This document shows positions 15,537 through 23,688 of a stretch of 32,000 nucleotides of DNA, one piece after another. Source of the DNA: Ruminococcus albus 7 = DSM 20455 (GTDB taxonomy: Bacteria; Bacillota; Clostridia; Oscillospirales; Ruminococcaceae); contig NC_014833.1 of NCBI RefSeq assembly GCF_000179635.2, positions 2,490,001 to 2,522,000 of the forward strand, given 5' to 3'. A program made the translations under genes and the position numbers. Each line of letters starts with the position of its first letter. Positions within the stretch are counted from its first letter, which is position 1. Under the pieces are notes generated by a model. The model saw only the letters and a program-made list of their open reading frames with translations. It searched no databases and was not told where the DNA came from.

Positions 15537-17534
15537 TTGGCAAACCAGAAACTTGGAGTAACCGCTAACGAGCTTTTCGCCTGCAATCCTTTCAGGATAT
15601 TAGGTCTGCCTGTTACTGCGGAGGACGAAGAACTGACCGCGACCTACAAGAAGCTGCTGTCCATGGCAGATTCGGAGAGTTATACTACTGACTATGATTT
15701 TCCGACAGCCCTGCCGCCTTTCAAGAGGGATGACATCACGCTGAGAACTGCATACGCCAAGCTTGCCAGCAACGGCTATCGCTGCTTCGCATTTTCAGAC
15801 GGAGTATTCTCACAGTCGCTGAACGAGGACGATGTGCTGCTGAACCTGAAGGACGTTACCTGCTATGATGCGTTCATCAGATGCTATATGTGGCTCATAA
15901 CCAATGACAGAGGATTTGAGCATCCCCAGCTGTGGGTACTTCTTGCAAAGTACATAGACAAGCTCATCGACTCCAAGCAGAACGAATGGAAGCGTCTTTT
16001 TGATAACCGTTTCCCTCAGTCGGTAATGTCATCAGGTGCAGATCAGATGCTTTCCGAGCTGCACGAAACATTCAAGGACATCATACTTCTTCCTCTTAAG
16101 GAAATGGTAAGAGGTTCCATGAGATGTACATCAGCTGTACAGATACTCAAGGCTGCCAAGATAGATGTAGATAAGGTATACACCATACCTAACATAAGCC
16201 AGGCAAACGGCACAGGTTCAAAGCTGAGGATAGCTGCAAGAGATATCTCAGGCGTATCCGCAGCTCCCAAGCAGGAGGAGGTACACTCCTTCGCAGCAGC
16301 TCCTTCCGCTATATCGGCTGATGCTATCATCAGCGAGGAAGCGCCCAAGCCTGTAGCAAGACCAGTCGTACAGACAGCTAAGCCTGCACCTGCGCCCGCA
16401 CCTGTTCAGCAGCAGAAGCCTCAGGAAGAGCACAAGGTCAGCCTTGTTGATGACGCGATCGCTGCTCAGGCAGCAGCTTCACAGCCTGCCGGCACATCAG
16501 GCAGCAGCAGTTCTTCCGGCAAGACTTCACTTGTCGAGGAAGAGATACCTGTTAAGCACGTTGAAGCTATAGACGGTCTCGCAACAAGACGTAAGCCTGT
16601 TATAAAGAAGGAAGAGCCCAAGGCTTCCAATCCTTTTGAGATACCCTCAGACAAGGATCTTGCAAGCAGCTTCACTGTAAACGCTACTCCCGATGAATAC
16701 AAGAAGCCCAGAGAAAATATGGGACCTGTATCCTATCGTCCCGAGGGCGATGACCTGCCCTCTGCAAATGTCGGTGAAAGGACTCTGGAGGCAGTGGATC
16801 CCTTTGCTAATGTGGGCAGCTCCTCTGCAAGAGTGTACGACGAAGGCAGCATAGCTACCGGCACCAAGCGCAAGAGCGTGAACCTTACAGGTCTTGACGG
16901 CACCGGCGATGACTTCGCTGATGAAAGGATCGAAATGCAGTTCACTGCACCCGAGGGCGCAAGACGTGTTGAAGAAGAGGAAGATGTCGTTGAAGAACGC
17001 GAGATAAGCAACCGTTCTCTCACCTACCTCATAAACGAAGTTGATTCACGTACCGATGAAACTACAGATCAGCTGCTGACCGAGCAGGAGATCGAAGATG
17101 AGCTGTATACCGACACCCTTATCAAACTGCTGCGTTCCAACCGTTCCAGCAAAATGATGAAGGAAGTTGATACCGAACACGTATACCTGAACGGCGGCGG
17201 CACGACCGAGAAGAAGGGTCCCGATATCACCATGGAGGATATCGACCTGAAGAAGAAGGACAATTCCAATCTCGATTCCGCTTACGGCTATCACAAGTAT
17301 GACGAAGCTCATGCTGCAGAGGCTATCAAGGAGAAATACAAGAACATCAACATCGGTGATATGCTCAATCCTACAGTCGGCAACTCACTGAAGAGAGAGT
17401 ATCACGAAGATCCTATCAAGGAATACATCAAGTACAAGAAGAGTGAAAAGGCACTTTCTGCTACTATGATAAAGGTATTTGGTTTCATAGCACTTGTGGG
17501 ACTGCTGGTATTCCTGATGATATTCTATCTCTGA
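15537..17534 (+). CDS. tail-anchored protein with HPD-less J-like N-terminal segment and long disordered region
   Basis: 665-aa ORF with a TTG start 6 nt after an AAGGGGGA SD. NPFRILGLPVTAEDEELTATYKKLL resembles J-domain helices I-II, but no HPD follows. The middle (~aa 240-560) is Pro/Ala/Ser/Glu-rich. A single TM helix MIKVFGFIALVGLLVFLMIFYL sits at the extreme C terminus. Confidence 0.72.
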   Translation: MANQKLGVTANELFACNPFRILGLPVTAEDEELTATYKKLLSMADSESYTTDYDFPTALPPFKRDDITLRTAYAKLASNGYRCFAFSDGVFSQSLNEDDVLLNLKDVTCYDAFIRCYMWLITNDRGFEHPQLWVLLAKYIDKLIDSKQNEWKRLFDNRFPQSVMSSGADQMLSELHETFKDIILLPLKEMVRGSMRCTSAVQILKAAKIDVDKVYTIPNISQANGTGSKLRIAARDISGVSAAPKQEEVHSFAAAPSAISADAIISEEAPKPVARPVVQTAKPAPAPAPVQQQKPQEEHKVSLVDDAIAAQAAASQPAGTSGSSSSSGKTSLVEEEIPVKHVEAIDGLATRRKPVIKKEEPKASNPFEIPSDKDLASSFTVNATPDEYKKPRENMGPVSYRPEGDDLPSANVGERTLEAVDPFANVGSSSARVYDEGSIATGTKRKSVNLTGLDGTGDDFADERIEMQFTAPEGARRVEEEEDVVEEREISNRSLTYLINEVDSRTDETTDQLLTEQEIEDELYTDTLIKLLRSNRSSKMMKEVDTEHVYLNGGGTTEKKGPDITMEDIDLKKKDNSNLDSAYGYHKYDEAHAAEAIKEKYKNINIGDMLNPTVGNSLKREYHEDPIKEYIKYKKSEKALSATMIKVFGFIALVGLLVFLMIFYL

Positions 17535-17548
17535 TTTATAACATCTTT

Positions 17549-17579
17549 ACGGAGAGGTTTTATGCCTCTCCGTTTTTTA
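17549..17579 (+). terminator. intrinsic terminator
   Basis: ACGGAGAGG-ttttatg-CCTCTCCGT followed by TTTTTT, 15 nt after the stop codon. Confidence 0.85.
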
Positions 17580-17656
17580 TGCCCACAGGTTATTACATAA
17601 AGCAGATATTATATATATATTATCATATATTAATATAGTATAAAAAGATAATATAG

Positions 17657-17685
17657 TTGACTTTCATATGATTATCTGTTATAAT
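17657..17685 (+). promoter_or_regulatory. sigma-A consensus promoter of the c-di-GMP operon
   Basis: TTGACT (17657-17662), a 17-nt spacer, then TATAAT (17680-17685), in an AT-rich region. Confidence 0.7.
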
Positions 17686-17743
17686 TTATAATGAATAAGT
17701 CTAAATCAAAAGGGCTTTTTTGCCTGCTAAGAGGGTTATACTG

Positions 17744-20374
17744 ATGAATGAGAAAAGAAGCGTACAGCTGCACCGTATGCTGGGCAGTCTGTGGAGCGAG
17801 CTTATGCACTGTACAGACAGTGTGGGAGCTTTTGTGCTGTGGAACAACAGCCGTGAATATTATATTGATGACAATGCCCTTGGTCTGCTGGGTATGGACA
17901 GAGAAGATCTGACCTGTGAGGGACTAAGGAACGTGCTCCTTTGCGCCCTTGAAGCAGAAGCATCATCAAGTCCCGCAAAGGTCATCACTGTGGATGTGGA
18001 CGAAGAAGAATGCTGTATGGCAGGCTTTGTGATAAAGCGCGATACCACTGTCCCTATTGATATGGGCGAGATATATCCACTGCTCAACCAGAACCAGCTG
18101 GCAGAAAAAATGTCCGAGGCAGGCAGTGATGCTTTCCTTATGCTGATACAGCTCGAACATATAGAATCAGGGCGCGATGAAAGATCATTCATAAGGAGCG
18201 CACTGGAAAAGATAGGTATGACATCACCCGAGGGTACTGTGCTTGCCTATCATTCAGGACTGAAATTCTGGGTATTTGTCAAAAGCGGCATAACCGCCCC
18301 GCAGGAATTCGCTGAGGATCTACAGAAAGTAGTAAAGAATACTGCGGTAACTGACGAATTCGGAGTTGTCATAAGCAAGGGACATTCCATGACCTTTACC
18401 GGAGGCTATGTTACATTCAGCAGCAGAAAAACAGCTGCTGTAAAGGAATTCCACTATGCCTCATTTGCACTGTACGAAGCTGTCAGCGAAGGTACCGGCA
18501 CCATAAGCAGCTTTTCAAGTGCTGTATACGAACTGCAGAAAAATGATTACCGCAGGGTGCAGTATTTCTTCCGTGTACTGGATGAAAATTCTTTCATGTA
18601 CCACTTTCAGCCCATTGTAAGTGCAAAGGACGGCAGCATCATCGCATACGAAGCACTTATGCGTACCGACAGGAAATTCGGGCTCAGCCCTTTGCAGATA
18701 ATCGACATGGCAGCGAAGTATGACAGACTGTACGATATAGAGCACGCAACTATGTTCAATGTGCTTTATCAGCTGAGCAGAAACCAGAACTTCTTTAAGA
18801 AAAGGAAGCTTTTTATAAACGCCATCCCCTCCAGCTATCTGACGGATGAGGACTGGTCTGCGCTTATGACGGTATACGGTGAACTTATGGAAAAGGTAGT
18901 CATCGAGCTTACAGAGCAGACAGATACATCTGATGATAAGCTTGAATACCTTATGAACAGGCTCAAACAGCATAAAGTGGAAATGGCTATAGATGACTAC
19001 GGCACAGGGTATTCAAATACCTCGCGGCTGATACGCTATGCTCCGCAGTATATAAAGCTTGATCATTCGCTGATCTCGGGGATCGATACCAACCCGAAGC
19101 TGAAGAACATAGTTTCCCAGCTGATAGATATGATGCATTCAAACGGCTTTCTCGTACTGGCGGAGGGCGTTGAAACTTCTGCTGAAATGCGCACGCTTTC
19201 GGCTATACACGCTGACCTTTTTCAGGGCTTTTACATATCACGTCCCAAACCATTCTTCATAAATGAGATAAGTGAACGGATACGCAGCGAGATAATCAGG
19301 TATCACCTTGAAGTTCAGGGCAGCGCAGACAAGATATACCATGCGGCTCAGGATGAACCTGAGGTCATCAGGCTCGCTGATCTGATAAGAGATAAGTATA
19401 CGGGCATATACATAAGCGGCAGAGATGTTGAGATCATCGGTGCAGCGGATATGCCTGCGGCTGTAATGCCATTAATGATAAAAGAGGGTGCAGTTTGCAG
19501 CGTGCACCTTCGTGATGTTTCAATTGAAGCTGCCGGCGGACGTGCCGCAGTAACTCTCGGCAGCGGCAGCAAAGTTACGCTTAAAGTAAGCGGTACAAAC
19601 AGGCTGACCAAGGGCGGTATACTTGTGCCCGAAAAAGCCGAGCTGACACTGGAGGGTACCGGCAGACTGACTATCATACCCGAAAGCATCAGCTGCTTCG
19701 GCATAGGAAATGAATATGACCTTACCTACGGCAAGATAACTTCCCTGCTATCGGACGAGCTGACCATAACCGCCTGCGGTGACAACTGCGTGGGTATAGG
19801 CGGCGGAAAATGCAGCAGTCCCGATGGTATATCCATAAAGGCAGGTGCCGTTGAGATAAGCTGTTCGGGTGCTAACAGTATAGGCATAGGAAGTTCACTT
19901 GAAAGCAGCAACATAACCATACGGGAATGTTTCATATCAATCGGGGCAGCTACTGCAAATTTCACAGGTGTAGGTGCTTTGCAGGGCGATACCTCTGTTA
20001 TGATAAAGAACGTTAAGCTTGTGATAGCTGCAAGCGGAAATTCAATGTGCGCTGTAGGCTCTAAGGACGGCGGCAAGGCTCATATCGACATAAGTGACTG
20101 CGAACTGTTCTCAAATATCAAGGGCAGAGAGATAGTAAATATAGGTTCGCATAAAAGCGAATGCGATTGCAGTATACAAAGGTCTTCCATAAACCTGAAC
20201 TGCGAGGGCAGCCGTGTATCGGGCATAGGTGACAGCGAGGGTTCGGGTTCTGTAACCATAAGAAAGGCGGAGATAAATATAGGATTTCTTTCTGCTGACA
20301 GCTTTGATATCGGATGCAGGGACGGGATCCTTGATATAGAGGATTGTACGAGGAATGTAAATATCAATAAGTAA
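17744..20374 (+). CDS. c-di-GMP phosphodiesterase: PAS-like / degenerate GGDEF / EAL / C-terminal repeat (beta-solenoid-like) domain
   Basis: The ORF track starts at TTG 17720; I prefer ATG 17744 (AAGAGGG SD 8 nt upstream). All EAL motifs are present: FQPIV, YEALMR, NAIPS, ELTEQ, DDYGTGYSN, KLD, AEGVET, QGFYISRP. The upstream domain has TGGYV where GGDEF would be. The last ~230 aa form about 8 repeats of ~29 aa centred on G-I/V-G. Confidence 0.9.
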   Translation: MNEKRSVQLHRMLGSLWSELMHCTDSVGAFVLWNNSREYYIDDNALGLLGMDREDLTCEGLRNVLLCALEAEASSSPAKVITVDVDEEECCMAGFVIKRDTTVPIDMGEIYPLLNQNQLAEKMSEAGSDAFLMLIQLEHIESGRDERSFIRSALEKIGMTSPEGTVLAYHSGLKFWVFVKSGITAPQEFAEDLQKVVKNTAVTDEFGVVISKGHSMTFTGGYVTFSSRKTAAVKEFHYASFALYEAVSEGTGTISSFSSAVYELQKNDYRRVQYFFRVLDENSFMYHFQPIVSAKDGSIIAYEALMRTDRKFGLSPLQIIDMAAKYDRLYDIEHATMFNVLYQLSRNQNFFKKRKLFINAIPSSYLTDEDWSALMTVYGELMEKVVIELTEQTDTSDDKLEYLMNRLKQHKVEMAIDDYGTGYSNTSRLIRYAPQYIKLDHSLISGIDTNPKLKNIVSQLIDMMHSNGFLVLAEGVETSAEMRTLSAIHADLFQGFYISRPKPFFINEISERIRSEIIRYHLEVQGSADKIYHAAQDEPEVIRLADLIRDKYTGIYISGRDVEIIGAADMPAAVMPLMIKEGAVCSVHLRDVSIEAAGGRAAVTLGSGSKVTLKVSGTNRLTKGGILVPEKAELTLEGTGRLTIIPESISCFGIGNEYDLTYGKITSLLSDELTITACGDNCVGIGGGKCSSPDGISIKAGAVEISCSGANSIGIGSSLESSNITIRECFISIGAATANFTGVGALQGDTSVMIKNVKLVIAASGNSMCAVGSKDGGKAHIDISDCELFSNIKGREIVNIGSHKSECDCSIQRSSINLNCEGSRVSGIGDSEGSGSVTIRKAEINIGFLSADSFDIGCRDGILDIEDCTRNVNINK

Positions 20375-20466
20375 AAGGAAAATAAGTGTAGGAATGCGAA
20401 GGCAGTCTGTGGAATAAAGTAGTGTATAACGGACTGCGAATTATTGGGAACGGAGTGTATATATTA

Positions 20467-22818
20467 ATGGATGGGGCTACAGGAGGAAGACGCAGGCTCA
20501 GGGTGGGTCTGCTCATCAGCAATCCCGAAGACGATTTTGACAGTGCGGTATGCGAGGGTGCCATGATCGCTGCAAAGCAGTATGACGTTGATCTTTTCAT
20601 ACTTCCCGGGCGATATATAGATGCACAGTATGCCGACAGGATCAGAACTGCATACGAGTACCAGTACAACACGGTATTCGAGCTGGCTAACGAGGAAAGG
20701 TTCGATGCGCTGCTGGTACTTATAGGCACCATTGGAAGTCACCTGGACAAAAAGCGCAGGGATGAATTCCTGAGAGGGTTCAAGGGTATACCCATAATCA
20801 CACTGACCTCTCAGATCGAGGGTTATCCGTGTATCACGGTAGATAACCGCACAGGGCTGAAACAGGTGATAAAGCATCTGATAGAATGCCACAGCTGTTT
20901 CAGGATAGGCTTTGTCAGCGGGCCCATGACCAGCGATGATGCTGTGGAAAGGTTCGAGGTATACAAGAGCGTACTGGCTGAATACAACATTGAGTACGAC
21001 GAAAACAGAGTTGCATACGGAAACTTTTCCAAGTACGTGACCGATGAGGTAGGGGAACTCCTTGACAGATGCCCCGACCTTGAAGCCATAGTATTCTCAA
21101 ACGATCACATGGCAATAGGCGGCTACGAAGCTATGGAGAAAAGGGGCATAAGACCCGGCAGGGATATACTTGTAACGGGCTTTGACGATGACCCTGCGGC
21201 TACAGATCTTTCACCGCACCTGACTACCGTGGCGATGGATTCGACCGAGCTTGGTTTCAATGCGCTGATAGAAGCTGTAAACTATATAAACGACGGTACT
21301 ATCCAGCAGGAGATACTTTCATCCAAGATGATAATAAGAAATTCCTGCGGCTGTACCGATGCTATTTCTGCCGAGCTGAACGGACTTCAGAACGATGCGA
21401 AGAAGATCTCAGCCCATGCAGAAGATATATGCAAGACGGTATTCAACAGGTACAGGCTCAGCGACAAATCAAAGGCGTACCGCGAAGAATTCGCTCTGAT
21501 AGTAAGGGATCTCTGTTTGTGCGGCGAAAAGATAAAGACAGACAGTGACTATGACCCTTACGAAATATTCGACAGGCTGGAGGCTATGATAACCGATGAG
21601 TTCTTTGAATTCACCGATCTGGAAACGCTTTACTCGGTAGTGGAGTATCTGCACGTTTCACTTGCCTGCGACCTCAGCACCAAAAACGAACAGCTGAGAC
21701 TCAACAGTATCATAGTCAGGATATACAAGCTTATATCCGAAAGGGATGTAAGGGTCAGCGAAGCTAAGATCAGGGACAATATCTATATGACCTGGCTGAC
21801 CAATTCAATAACCCGTGATATGCTGGTATTTGATGCTTATGACGATGAAGCGTACCGCTCGGTGGTGGATAAGCTGAGAAAGCTCCATGTGACTTCAAGC
21901 TATCTATATGTATACGATAAGATAGTTGAGCACCGCAAGGATCAGAACTGGAAGCTGCCCGAGGGCATAAAGCTGAAGGCATGGCACAACATGGGCAAGA
22001 CCATGCTCCCCTCCCCCGAAGAACAGAGCATAGCACCAAATGAACTGCTGACAAACAAGTTCTTTGTACATGACAGACGCTGCACCATGATATGCCTGCC
22101 GCTGTTTACCAATGAAGAACATTTCGGTATGCTGATATGTGAAATGGAGCATGAATATTTCAGCTTTCTGCCGTCGATAACAGTACAGCTTTGTGCGGCG
22201 CTTAAAATGCTGATTGTCATGAAAAACCAGAAGATAATCGAAAAGCAGCTGAACCAGAGCCTTATCGAGATACGCGAGAACAATCAGCTGCTGGATGAAC
22301 TTTCAAAGCAGGACTCACTTACAGGCACACTCAACAGACGCGGTTTCTTCGAGGCTGCAAGAAAGCTGATACGAGCAGATGAGAATGACGGACGCAGCGC
22401 CATGATGATATTTGCCGACCTTGACAGCCTGAAGACCATAAACGACCGTTTCGGCCATGAGGAAGGTGACTTCGCGATACGAGGCATCGCAGGGATTCTG
22501 TCAAGAGCTTTCAGGGGCGGAGAGGTTATAGGCAGGATAGGCGGAGATGAATTTGTAGTATGTGTACTTTCAGACGACAACTTGACAGCCTCTGCCATAA
22601 GAAAACGTATAGATGAGAACTCTGCACACTTTAATGATAATGAGGGAAAGGACAAGGAATTCTATGTTCACGCCAGCGTTGGCGTATTCCCTTTCAAATG
22701 CTCAGCAAATGCCGAGATAGGCGAACTGCTGAGCCATGCGGATGCACTGCTGTATTCGCAGAAGAAAAACAAGCTCTCTGTATTGAAATCGGAGAGAGCA
22801 AAGCAAATCAAGGAATGA
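20467..22818 (+). CDS. diguanylate cyclase with N-terminal LacI/RbsB-type (PBP type I) ligand-binding domain
   Basis: The ORF track starts at GTG 20422; ATG 20467 places the start just before beta-1 (RVGLLISN). PBP pattern: FDALLVLIG, PIITL, RIGFVSGP, AIVFSNDHMAIGGYEAMEKRGIRPGRDILVTGFDD. A coiled signalling helix follows, then GGDEF motifs SLTGTLNRRGFF, ADLDSLKTINDRFGHEEGD and GRIGGDEFVV. No signal peptide or TM. Confidence 0.9.
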   Translation: MDGATGGRRRLRVGLLISNPEDDFDSAVCEGAMIAAKQYDVDLFILPGRYIDAQYADRIRTAYEYQYNTVFELANEERFDALLVLIGTIGSHLDKKRRDEFLRGFKGIPIITLTSQIEGYPCITVDNRTGLKQVIKHLIECHSCFRIGFVSGPMTSDDAVERFEVYKSVLAEYNIEYDENRVAYGNFSKYVTDEVGELLDRCPDLEAIVFSNDHMAIGGYEAMEKRGIRPGRDILVTGFDDDPAATDLSPHLTTVAMDSTELGFNALIEAVNYINDGTIQQEILSSKMIIRNSCGCTDAISAELNGLQNDAKKISAHAEDICKTVFNRYRLSDKSKAYREEFALIVRDLCLCGEKIKTDSDYDPYEIFDRLEAMITDEFFEFTDLETLYSVVEYLHVSLACDLSTKNEQLRLNSIIVRIYKLISERDVRVSEAKIRDNIYMTWLTNSITRDMLVFDAYDDEAYRSVVDKLRKLHVTSSYLYVYDKIVEHRKDQNWKLPEGIKLKAWHNMGKTMLPSPEEQSIAPNELLTNKFFVHDRRCTMICLPLFTNEEHFGMLICEMEHEYFSFLPSITVQLCAALKMLIVMKNQKIIEKQLNQSLIEIRENNQLLDELSKQDSLTGTLNRRGFFEAARKLIRADENDGRSAMMIFADLDSLKTINDRFGHEEGDFAIRGIAGILSRAFRGGEVIGRIGGDEFVVCVLSDDNLTASAIRKRIDENSAHFNDNEGKDKEFYVHASVGVFPFKCSANAEIGELLSHADALLYSQKKNKLSVLKSERAKQIKE

Positions 22819-22833
22819 TATCGAGGTTAGACA

Positions 22834-23637
22834 ATGGGAAAGATCTGTAAGTCATGCGGAAATTATTACAGCGGAGAATATTGCGACAATTGCGGCTACG
22901 GTAAGCCGACAGGAGTATCGGAATCGGTAAAGAAGTACAGAAAAGCCGCAAGGAACAAGCCTTTGCGTATGCAGACCGAGGAGGACAAAAAGCTGTATGC
23001 AAAGTGGGCTAAGGAGGAAAAGCAGGAACATACCGAAAAAAGGAACGACCCGAAAGCGAAGATGCATTTTCTGCTGGTAGTCATCATCGCCGCTGCAATA
23101 GTGATAGGGTACGCGCTTTACAAAAGCGGTGCTTTATTCTCAAATACCCGTGAGGAAGTTATCGAACAGTATTTTTCTTCCATATCCCAAGGAGATTTTG
23201 ACAAGTTCGTAAAGTGCTTCCCGAAAGAGATCAAGCGTGAATACGAAGATGACAGACAGGCTTCGGGTCTTGGCAAGGAAGAGTACATGAAAGCCCTGTA
23301 TCAGGAATTTACCGATACCTACGGCGAGGGATACAGTATAATAGTAAAGTTCGGCAATACGACCGAGCTTTCGGCTGAGGACTACGATATGTCTGCCTAC
23401 AAGGATCAGCATGGTTCTGCACCAAAACTCAGTGAGGTCTGCGAGGTAGTGACCACCGTGGAATTCCGCGGTGCTAAAGGCAGCCATACATCAAGGCTGT
23501 ATATCTACGTTGGAAGATCAGGCGGATACTGGCGCATATTCGGTATGGATGAGGATATGGGCAGCATCAACGCTGACGGTACCCCCAATGAGGGTGATGT
23601 ACCGCCCATAGAGGATGGATCAGATCCCGAGAGATAA
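22834..23637 (+). CDS. zinc-ribbon / single-TM membrane protein
   Basis: 267-aa ORF with a GAGG SD 7 nt upstream and a 15-nt gap after the cyclase gene. CKSCGNYYSGEYCDNCG is a C-x2-C...C-x2-C ribbon, followed by a basic linker and the TM helix MHFLLVVIIAAAIVIGYALY. The ~150-aa extracytoplasmic domain starts EVIEQYFSSISQGDFDKFVKCFP (NTF2/DUF4878-like pattern, by recall). Confidence 0.75.
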   Translation: MGKICKSCGNYYSGEYCDNCGYGKPTGVSESVKKYRKAARNKPLRMQTEEDKKLYAKWAKEEKQEHTEKRNDPKAKMHFLLVVIIAAAIVIGYALYKSGALFSNTREEVIEQYFSSISQGDFDKFVKCFPKEIKREYEDDRQASGLGKEEYMKALYQEFTDTYGEGYSIIVKFGNTTELSAEDYDMSAYKDQHGSAPKLSEVCEVVTTVEFRGAKGSHTSRLYIYVGRSGGYWRIFGMDEDMGSINADGTPNEGDVPPIEDGSDPER

Positions 23638-23643
23638 AGTATA

Positions 23644-23678
23644 AAAGCACCCCGTTCAACGTGTGAACAGGGTGCTTT
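23644..23678. terminator. bidirectional terminator between convergent genes
   Basis: AAAGCACCCCGTTCA-acgtg-TGAACAGGGTGCTTT, a 15-bp stem with one mismatch. A/T runs on both sides serve both strands. Confidence 0.75.
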
Positions 23679-23688
23679 GTTATGTGCA

